Shown: in pieces, positions 55,840-64,000 of the stretch
Layout of the letters: each line of letters starts with the position of its first letter
Numbering within the stretch: position 1 is the stretch's first letter
Assembly: GCA_004431415.1 (NCBI GenBank)
Contig: QPMI01000062.1
Coordinates: 372,001-436,000 of the forward strand
Origin: Cyanophora paradoxa CCMP329
Taxonomy: Eukaryota > Plantae > Glaucophyta
DNA length: 64,000 bases
Direction: 5' to 3'
Notes under the pieces: generated by a model
The model's input: the letters and a program-made list of their open reading frames with translations, nothing else
Databases searched by the model: none
Told to the model about the DNA's origin: nothing
Made by a program: the position numbers and the translations under genes

Positions 55840-57915
55840 CTACAGGTTCTTTTTTCGCTTCTGACTGCTCAACCAGTCACTTTCCCAGATGAAAGTGCTG
55901 CAACGCCCCTCGGGAGGGTGTCCCTGGGGTCGTGGGCAAATGAAGAATTTGCGACCTGACTGACGTTGGCAAGGAGCAGCACAGAATAAAGACAGACGAG
56001 CGTACCCATATTTGTACCTTTTTTATTAGTCTTTAGCAATAAGCAAGGCTCGTTGTGGCCCTTGCAGCTGGGGACTGGTGGGGATCCCGACAGAAGACCT
56101 TTCCAACTTGCTGCTGCTGCTGCCTGCTTGCTGGGCGACTGAAGTTCTGAAGGCTGCTGATTAATCTCAACAGCAAGCTCATCAGCAATGCCTGTCTCCA
56201 ATGAGCTCTCTACTCTGGCTCGCTTGCTCAATGGTTCACTGCTTTTCAGCTGCAGCTGTGATCTGGAGGTGTCTGCTGTAGGCTGCCCGAAGAATTTCAG
56301 TAATGTTGGCTGCGCATGCGCATCTGCTGCCTTTCTTGATCTTCTTGGATGCCCGGCGGACTCTAAAGCTTTGTTCACGCTGCTGCTGCTGCAGGTTTGA
56401 ACAGGCTGCTTAGCAGTGCTGCCTTCATCGTCGTCGATTACAACCACTTCAGGGGCGGATGCATGCTGCTGCACTGGCAGGTGCACAGACTCTTCGACGA
56501 AATCCAGACTGGAGTCTTCTTTCTGAGAATCAGGGCTTGCCGATGGTTGGGATTTAGCAGGCTGAAAGAAGGTTGCAAGGGTTCGCTGCTCGCAGCTTTT
56601 GAAGCACAGCGAAGGAGGCTCTTGGGGCTCTGCTGAACCAGGTAACTTGGAAAGATCGAGATCAGCAAAGACAGGTGCATGGTCGCTCCCCTGGAAAGAG
56701 TCAGAAAAGCACTTCAGGTGTCATGTGAGCGAATGCATACCATCACACTGGCAGCAATGTCGCAATTGAGGAAGACACCAGTGTTCACAAGCCCCGAATC
56801 GGCAAGAATGTAGTCGATGCGTGTACCTGGACAGACATCAGATATGGGATGAGTAGCAGAAAATGTCCTACCGTAGTTGGCCTCGCGGGCACGAGTCACG
56901 GTTGACCAGCATGTAAATGCATCACATCGGTCAGGCCAAAACTCTCGAAAAACATCAACCAAGGGCCCCCCACTATCTCTGAGCAAACTTCTCAGCCAAG
57001 CGTTTGCAGGATGACTGTAGCGCGACTCAGAAATTGCAGAGCGATTAGCACAGAAAAAATGCACTCTGTCCAGCTTGAGAGCCCGTGGTCACTCTTCCAT
57101 GTTGCGGCTTCTGCGTGGTCCTTTTCATCTCTCATGGCATTAAAGTCCCTGCTCATGATCAGCTCGATCAATGCTGGTGCCAAGCAAAGAGTAGTGCACA
57201 CACACCCAACAACAATTACATGCCGCCCTGAATCAAGGAGGGCCTTGACACGCAGTTGAACAACAGTCTGAAAGCGCAGCTTAAACGCTTGTCTCTCCCC
57301 ACCATGTGCGTTTGGGAAATAACAGTTGAGCAGGACAAAAGCTCCATGATCTGTGACGACAACTCTTCCCTCGCAGTCAAGGGTGCGCAGTTCGCTGGCC
57401 GAGAATGAAAGGTGAAGGTCGCCATAAGTTCCAACAGCGTCCCGTCTAGATTACGATTACGATTACGATTAGAGAGTTTCGATTACGAGCAACCATTTAC
57501 CGAGTTTCGTATACGCCCGTGGCGCCCTCTTCGGCCTTCGTGGGTATTGCAAAGGGCTTGGCAGAACGGGTGTAGGTTGCTGTTCCCGAATAGCTGCAAG
57601 ATGTTGAGCATGCCCGGCGTTCTGCTTGGACGCTGGGCAAGTAGCTCACGGGCGTCGGGCTCGATCAGATGAGAAGAAGCCGTGATAGCCATCAACAAGG
57701 CCAACGTCAACGTCCACCTTGGTCAGCTTGGTCTCCTGAAGGCAAACGATATCGCTGCGCGTGCGATCGGCTGGGTTTGAGTTCTGGCATGGGAACGGCA
57801 GGCACCCGAGGCCATCCAGAAGCTGTCGCAGGCTCTCGCGCTGCCGGTTCAGTCCGTTCACGTTCCACGTCACGATGCGCAGTCGTTCAGGCGCCTGCGG
57901 ATCTCCCGCTGCCAT
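55840..57915 (-). CDS. APEX2: AP endonuclease 2 (ExoIII family) with PIP box and C-terminal GRF zinc finger
   Basis: LRIVTWNVNGL, DIVCLQETKL, YSGTATY, DVFREFWPDRCDAFTCW..ANYG/TRIDYIL, PIP box QPTLLKFF, Zf-GRF CKGHNEPC..TNKKGTNM/GRKFFICPRP..RCSTFIW. Confidence 0.95.
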
Positions 57916-58026
57916 GCAGGAGCGCCAGCGCCGGCGCCGCCGCCCTCGCAGCGCGGCGCCGCGTACGCGCCTCCCGCCAGGTTATTGCAACGCGTGCCGA
58001 TAGAGCGTGAAGCGCAGCGCTGGGCA

Positions 58027-58074
58027 AGTTGTCACTTAGTTGTCACTGAGTTGTCTCAGTTGTCACTGAGTTGT
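58027..58074. repeat. Degenerate 11-bp tandem repeat (AGTTGTCACTG, about 4.5 units) in the APEX2/biotin ligase divergent promoter
   Basis: agttgtcactt agttgtcactg agttgtctc agttgtcactg agttgt. Confidence 0.85.
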
Positions 58075-58278
58075 GATCAACCTGGGTACACGGCGCCAGG
58101 AGCCGCTTGACTTCCGGCCCGCCCTTCGAGCTTCCGGCGGCGTACGCGGGTGTACGAGTTCGGGTTTAGCTGCTCCCGTCATCTTCCAACTTGGCGAACT
58201 TGCGCGAGCGGAGCGACGGCGAGGTTTTTTGACCGCGTCGCACACGTCGACTTCCGCAGCTGGTACAGGCGCAGAGAA

Positions 58279-59550
58279 ATGTCCTCGCCTGTAGTGCTCG
58301 TGCGCGGCACGGCCGAGTTCGCAAACCGCGTGAAGGATTGGGTTGACCAGCAGCCGTGGGCCAGCGCCGCCAGCGACGACGCCCTTCGGAGTCTGCGCGT
58401 CTTGACTCTGGACGACTGGCTTCGGGAGCGTGCAGCGGCGCCCGCTCCGTCGGGTGCGCGTATGCGAACGCTGTGTTGCAAGCGCTCTCTGGTGCGCATG
58501 CTAACCTTCAGCAGGGCCTGACCGCCCCTTCGACATCGCGGCCTTCTTCTCGTCTTTGCGCACGTCGACGCTCGGCAACATTCTGCTGTATGGACCGCAC
58601 ATCTCGTCGACGCAGGACATTGTGACGAAGACCGTCACTAGCCTGCTCGGGCCGCCGCCGGCGCTGACGCATCGCAGGCACTTCGCCACGTTCCCCTTCG
58701 ATGGTCTCGTAGCACTCGCCGACACACAGACCGCCGGCCGCGGTGCGCCCGCCGCGAGCCCCGATCCGTCCTTCGCAGCATGACGCGGGGGCCTGCAGGG
58801 CGCGGCTCGAACACGTGGACGTCGCCGCCGGGCTGCCTGATGTTCTCGTTCCGCTCGACGGAGACGGAGCCGATGCGGGTGCCCACCGTCCAGCACCTCG
58901 TGTCCCTCTCCATCGCCTCCGCCGTGGCCTCCCTCCCCGCCGGCGAGGTGCCGCCCCTGCGCCTGGGATCGCCCCGGGCGCTGAGCCCCGCCCAGGCGGC
59001 AAAGGTGCGGATCAAGTGGCCGAACGACATCTACGGGGAGGCCCCCGGCGCGGGCCTCGCCAAGATCGGGGGGGTGCTCTGCCACTCGAGCTTCGCGGCG
59101 GGCAAGTTCCACATCACGACGGGGGTCGGCCTGAACGTGGAGAACGCGGAGCCGACGACGTGCCTGCGGGCGATGTGGGGGGCGGGGCCGGCCCCCACGC
59201 GCGAGGCCGTCCTCGCCGCCTTCCTCGCCGACTTCGAGCGCAAGGCCGCCTCGTTCGCCTCGGCGGGCCTGCAGCCCTTCGTCGACCAGTACACCGCCCT
59301 CTGGCTCCACTCGTGCGCCCCGCCTGCCCGGCCCCTCCCGCCTCGCCCCCCCTGCGCCCGAGCGGCGGGGGGCAGGGGCCAAGAGGTGACGGCGGACGGC
59401 GAGGGGGGGCCCATCAAGCTGGTGGTCCGGGGCCTGACGGCGCAGGGGTACCTGCTGGCGGAGGCGAAGGATGGCGGGGCGCGCTACGAGCTCCACCCGG
59501 ACGGCAACTCCCTCGACTTCTTCTCCGGCCTCCTCCGCCGCAAGCTCTAG
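58279..59550 (+). CDS. HCS: Biotin-protein ligase (holocarboxylase synthetase)
   Basis: ISSTQD, ADTQTAGR/GRGSNTWTSPPGCLMFSF, RIKWPNDIY, KIGGVLC, GVGLNV, YTALWLHS/GQEV, GLTAQGYL, ELHPDGNSLDFFSGLLRRKL*. Confidence 0.95.
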
Positions 59551-59761
59551 CGCTCGGTTGGACGCTGCTGTACAGAAACGTATCGGAATCTCAGAAGCCA
59601 TGGCCCCGTTCATGCCCCGCGCTGCCGGCGCCTCCGGATCCAAGACATGGGCCTGGCGGACCTTGGACGGCTCGTCATTCAAACAAAAAACCTAGCTACG
59701 AAGGACGCGTCTCTGTATATCGCAAGCAAAACTGAAGGCACGGGAAGCAGGGGCAGGCCCA

Positions 59762-61320
59762 TCACTTGGTGGGCAGGTACGAGACTAGCGCGACCTGCAA
59801 AGCGCCCAAGGGTCAGAGAGGATCCGCAAGGCAGGGAGGGGTCGACGGGGGCCCGCACCTCGATCTTCTCGCCCTCCTTCTCCTTCACCTCGTACGCGAA
59901 CCTGGGGCGGGGCGGGTGAGCGAGCGACCGAGCAAGGGGGCCGGCGAGGCGGGGTGCGCGTGCGCGGGCCGAGCCCCGGCGGCACGCACTTGGAGTCGTC
60001 GTCGGCGCGGGTCTTCTCCTCCTCGAGCTCGACGGCGACGCGCCAGGGCGAGACCTCGCACTTGACGTTCGGCCCGAAGAAGCCCGCCATGCGCTCCCGC
60101 AGCGACATGAACGTGTCGATGCCGACGTCCTGCCGGCCGGGGTGGGCCGGGGGCCCGGGGGGCGGCGCGGGGCGGGGCGCACCTCGGAGGTAAACATGAG
60201 GACGAGGGCGTAGCGGCCGTCGCGGAGCTCCTCGCGGATGGCGACGAGCACCGGCGGCTCGGTGCCGCGCGGGTGCAGGCCGAGGCGCTTCAGGGTCTCG
60301 TCCAGGTGTTGCTGCGCGCCGGGCCGGCTCGGGCGGGGCGGGGGGAGGCGGGGGGAGGGGCGAGGAGGGAGGGGAGGGGGGGGGGGGGGGCGGAGGGGGG
60401 GGGGGGGGAGGGGCTTCTCGCACCTCGTCACCGTAGCGGAAGCGGGTGACGTCCTGGCGGACCTGCTGCAGCGTGGGCGTGCACTGCGCCTTGCGCGCCG
60501 CCAGCACTTCCTCCGACGGCTCCACGGCGTACTTCGCCGGCTTCAGCTCCGCGTACTGCGCGCGGGCGTGAGCGGATCGCGAGCGGAGAGGGCGGCGGGC
60601 CGCGCGCCTTCATGGAGAAGCCGATGAGCATGATGGGCACGCCGTACGTCAGCTCGAGCGCGGACGCCGCATCGCCCGTCTGCGCGTAGGTCGCCATGCC
60701 GAGCCCGACAATGCCGACGCCGATCGCGCTAACGATGACGCTGCGGGCCGGGGCGGTCAGAGTGCGTAGGCGCGAGATGCCGGCGGCGCGTGATGCTGGG
60801 CTAAGGTGCCCGGCGTGCTGGTGCTCATGCCAGCTGGCACCCTAAATGTGACTGAAAGACCCGCGGCGAACGCTAGCTGCCCTCCCCATAAGTGCCGGGG
60901 AAGGCTGCACGTGCTGCGCGCGGGGGGCCGGCCTCGGCCACGCTGCAAGGCGTCAAACTCACCCCAAAGGCAGCTGGCCGATGAAATAGCCGATAGAGAA
61001 ACCGTCCTTGGCCGGCTCCATCGGCACAATCTTCGGGGTCGCCGGCTTCTCCTCCTCAACCTTCTCCTCCTTCGTCTTGCCCTTGCAGACTATTGCTGGG
61101 GACGCGCATTGGAAGGTCCTGGAGACGCCTACAGGATTCGATATCAGACGGCGAGGGAAGTGGACGCTGGGTCGAGGGGCGCACCGAACGAAGCCGGGCG
61201 CCGACCCAAGAACGCCGGGCGAGCCGCGACTGCGGCCGGCCGCGATGTCCTTACGGAAGGGCTGGCAGGCGTCCACGCAGCACTGCGGGCGAAGACGGGC
61301 GCGATGCTGAAGGCCACCAT
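59762..61320 (-). CDS. APE1: Thylakoid protein APE1 / DUF2854 (acclimation of photosynthesis to environment 1)
   Basis: Transit peptide MVAFSIAPVF..; TYGVPIMLIGFSMK/YAELKP, TPTLQQVRQDVTRFRYGDE/QHLDETLKRLGL, DGRYALVLMF, GFFGPNV. Confidence 0.92.
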
Positions 61321-61602
61321 TTTTCTGCTTCTGGGGTACTGCCTGCGAAGCTTTCGGCGTAGGCGTATAGTCCGCACCGGACCGTAGCGGGCCCCCGCAA
61401 TTGCAAGGGCAGACGCGCGCAGCGTGGGCCGCGGTTGAGACCGAACTAGCGCCTGGCACGGCCTCCGTCATCCTGGCACTTCAGCGCCCGGCGCCGCGTG
61501 AGGACGCGCGTACGCGAGGTCCCGGGCGCGACTGAAAAGCAGTGCACGTCTCTGGAGCGCGGGCGGAAACAGCCGGAGTTTGCGACCAGTTCAAGCAGCA
61601 CG

Positions 61603-64000
61603 ATGGCTGCGCGGGTCACCGAGCCGCTCCTCGATTGCGCTGCACACTTCGAAGAGGCTTTATCCGTGCGTTCAGCCCCCTGTGCCTGTCGCTCGCGCGC
61701 CCCACCTCCGAGCCCGGGAGTGTCGCTCCACAGATGGGCGATACCGCCGGGATGGTTGTAGCGATTACGGAGGTGAAAGTGCTGCTGACGGAGGCCGCGG
61801 AGAGGAACATGCTGTTCGACGTCGGCGTGCTGTCCCTCGTGCACTCGACGTTCTCCCAAGCCTTGGCATCCTCTCGAGTCAGCAAGGAGATCCTGCGTTC
61901 TTGCGCCTTTGTGCTGGACGTGATCCACTCGATGGTTCCTTCCGTACCAGAAGACGACGCGAGCGACGGCCGGAGCAGCAGCGCGTTCACGGTCCGCCTC
62001 GCCCGCCGCACCCGCCCCGATGCAGCCGCCCCCCGCGAGCAGCGCCGCAGGAGAGCTCGCAGCGGCACATTGTGCAGCAGGCGGATGGTGCGCATGAGAT
62101 CCCGCTGCCCCCACCGCTTTCCCCTGCCCCGACCGCTTTCCCGACGCGCTGCTCTGCAGACGCGGAGCCGATGGCCGTCTGCAACTTCCTCGCGGCAAAG
62201 CGCCCCCAGGGCGTGGCCCTCTCTGCTCGTGCGTTGCCCCTGCCCCTCCGACATCGGCGCCGGCGCCGACAGTCAGGGCGCGGCAGTGCCCCTGGACATC
62301 GGCCTCCTGGACACGGCGCGCAGCTTCGATTACGCGCCGGCGGCCGGAGAGTCGCTCCGCCGGCGCTCGGCCGACGCGCAGGAGACCCGCGAGCGCGTCC
62401 GCAGCGTCGCCCTGGAGCGCAAGCGGTGCGCCCTGCGGCCGCTCGCTCGCCACGCGAACACCACCCCGCCCGAGGCGCGGCCGGCAGGGAAGAGCTTGAG
62501 CACTACCGCGAGTCGGGCCAGCGCACCGTCCGCCGGTACGGGCTGCCGCCTCGCGCGGCCCCGGTGGGTCCGGCCGGGCTGAGCGGCGGGGGGCAGGAAG
62601 GGGAGCCGGCTCTTCCAGTACGTCTTCTACCGGCACCAGAAGCCGCTGAAGATCGACGAGCGGGAGGTGCGGCGCGTCGTGGAGGCCGTCCTGGAGCCGC
62701 CCCCGGGCGAGCCCCACGCCCGCGTCACCGCCTCCAAGATCCTCATCAAGGCGCCCCCCGCTGCCCCGCCTCGAGCGCCCCCGCCCGCCGGCCGCCGGCT
62801 GAGGCGCCGGGGGCGCAGATCATGATGGACATGTACAAGGGGGCGGCGGAGGCCGGGGCGACGCTGCCGGCGGCCGGCGAGGGGGCCTTCCTCCTCTCCC
62901 TCTTCCTCGACATGCTCGCCTCCCGCGAGCCCGACACCCGCGCCCGTGCGGCCCCTCCCGCGCCGGGGGCGCGGCGCGGGGCGGCCGCGCCTGAGGGGCG
63001 GCAGACGCCTTCACGCTGCTCTTCAACCTGAGCGTGCACGCGCTCATGTGGGACGAGCCGCCCGAGGAGGAGGCGCCCGGCGGCGCGCCCGGCGGCGGCG
63101 GCTCCGGGGCGGGGGCGCCGAACGCGATCGACGAGGCGCTGCACGGGTACCTCTGCGAGATGCTCCTCGCCGTCCTTCACGCCGACGAGCGCGAGGAGCG
63201 CGTGCGCCCCGCCCCCCGCCCCGCCCTCCGCCCCGCGCGTCGGCTCGGGCCGAGGGGCGCCCCCCCGCAGGTCTGGTCGGCGGCCCTCACGTGCGCCCTC
63301 CACTTCTTGACCCACGACGGCCGCTTCGTGCCCGCCGGTCCGCCCCACCCGCCCCCGCCCCGCCCCCGCCCCGCCCGTCGGGCGACGGGCGGGCAGGCTG
63401 GAGGCGGTGGACGTGCGGGTGCTGGCGGCGCTGGCGGCGCGGGCGCCGGCGCTGTGCGCGCCGCGCGGGGCGTGGACGGGCCTCGCGGGGGCCGACCTCA
63501 TCCACGCCCGCCTCCTCGAGGCCCTCGCCAACCGCCTGTGCGCCCCCTCCCAACTTCCCCCCGCCCTCTGCGGCCCTTTCCGACGCGCTCGCCGCGGGCA
63601 GGTACCGGCGGGGCCCCGGGGAGAACGAGTGGGTGCTGGACGAGGGGGCGCTGGAGGCGGCCGGGGGCGTGGCGCTTCTGGGCGAGCAGCTCGCCGCCGC
63701 CCGCTCCGCCTCCGCCCGCCACAACCTCTTCGCCCTCCTCTGCGACGCGTGCGCCCCGCCCGCCCGCCCGCTCCGCGGCGCAGCCCCGAGCCGCCCGCCC
63801 CGCAGGCTCTTCCTGGCGGCGGGGCGCGGCCGGGGCCGGCCCTTCCCGCCCGAGGAGGGGCCCGTGCTGGCGGAGCTGCTGTGGCGCGTGGGGGCCCCGA
63901 CGCCCTCGCCCTCCTCTTCCGCCTCCCCTCCCCGCCTTCCCCGACGCCGCCCTCCAGTGCGCCCCCGCGGCTCCCCGAGCTCGCTGCGCGCCGCCCCTCA
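61603..64000 (+). CDS. Large conserved plant/algal protein resembling the CLoG1/At3g12590 family (runs off the window)
   Basis: RLFQYVFYRHQKPLKIDEREVRRVVEAV..ASKILIK/IMMDMY..LSLFLDMLAS..AFTLLFNLSVHA..VWSAALTC resembles the family's conserved blocks as I recall them; not verified by search. Confidence 0.6.

Noticed and set aside
14666-57915. Functional gene cluster (DNA repair SMARCAL1 + APEX2, or tetrapyrrole PPOX + pheophytinase-like)
   Set aside because: The genes are 15-37 kb apart and interspersed with unrelated housekeeping genes; there is no evidence of clustering.
58150-58278. In-frame upstream extension of biotin ligase as a non-AUG targeting peptide
   Set aside because: The frame is open but has no ATG and only weak presequence character; it cannot be supported without TSS or ribosome-profiling data.
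687-63724. Hundreds of long Arg/Gly/Pro/Ala-rich six-frame ORFs (e.g. 687-2081, 10383-12116, 14727-16469, 23178-24698)
   Set aside because: These are stop-poor shadow frames caused by extreme GC content, overlapping spliced genes on other frames or strands, with no domain motifs.
1-64000. tRNA, rRNA or snRNA genes and telomeric repeats
   Set aside because: None recognised by eye; a tRNAscan-SE or Infernal search would be needed to exclude them.

Overview
GC-rich, intron-dense eukaryotic nuclear DNA from a flagellated photosynthetic alga. The evidence is an axonemal dynein IC2 and several plastid-type transit peptides with an N-terminal Phe (MAF-, MFV-, MEAF-, MVAF-), which points to a glaucophyte such as Cyanophora (inference). 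By manually splicing exons I recognise about 22 genes: a SOX/SRY/MATA-type HMG-box factor, EHD, a VAT-1-like MDR reductase, an unknown plastid membrane protein, a C2-domain protein, SMARCAL1, SAICAR synthetase, a C2HC zinc-finger protein, SulP-STAS, protoporphyrinogen oxidase, GH47 mannosidase, DNAI2, a coiled-coil protein, PAP2 phosphatase, Mpv17/PMP22, a small TM/coiled-coil protein, an HMA + alpha/beta-hydrolase fusion, a four-repeat helical protein, APEX2, biotin-protein ligase, APE1/DUF2854 and a partial CLoG1-like gene. Most six-frame ORFs in the supplied track are GC-driven artefacts. Highlights: (1) an in-frame fusion of a GMxCxxC metal-binding HMA domain to a plastid pheophytinase-like hydrolase; (2) a sequence-specific HMG box hidden across micro-exons; (3) a bacterial-type SulP with a mitochondrial-looking presequence; (4) nine head-to-head gene pairs, most carrying TGTACCC, and a GAGCCTCGGAGC 12-mer found only in intergenic DNA; (5) frequent G|GC-AG introns and 7-18 nt micro-exons; (6) a hAT MITE with an 8-bp TSD in palindrome-dense intergenic DNA; (7) a near-identical 3.85-kb tandem duplication. 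Several apparent frameshifts fall in homopolymers and are probably long-read errors. Gene models and motif counts were made by eye; no database searches were run.
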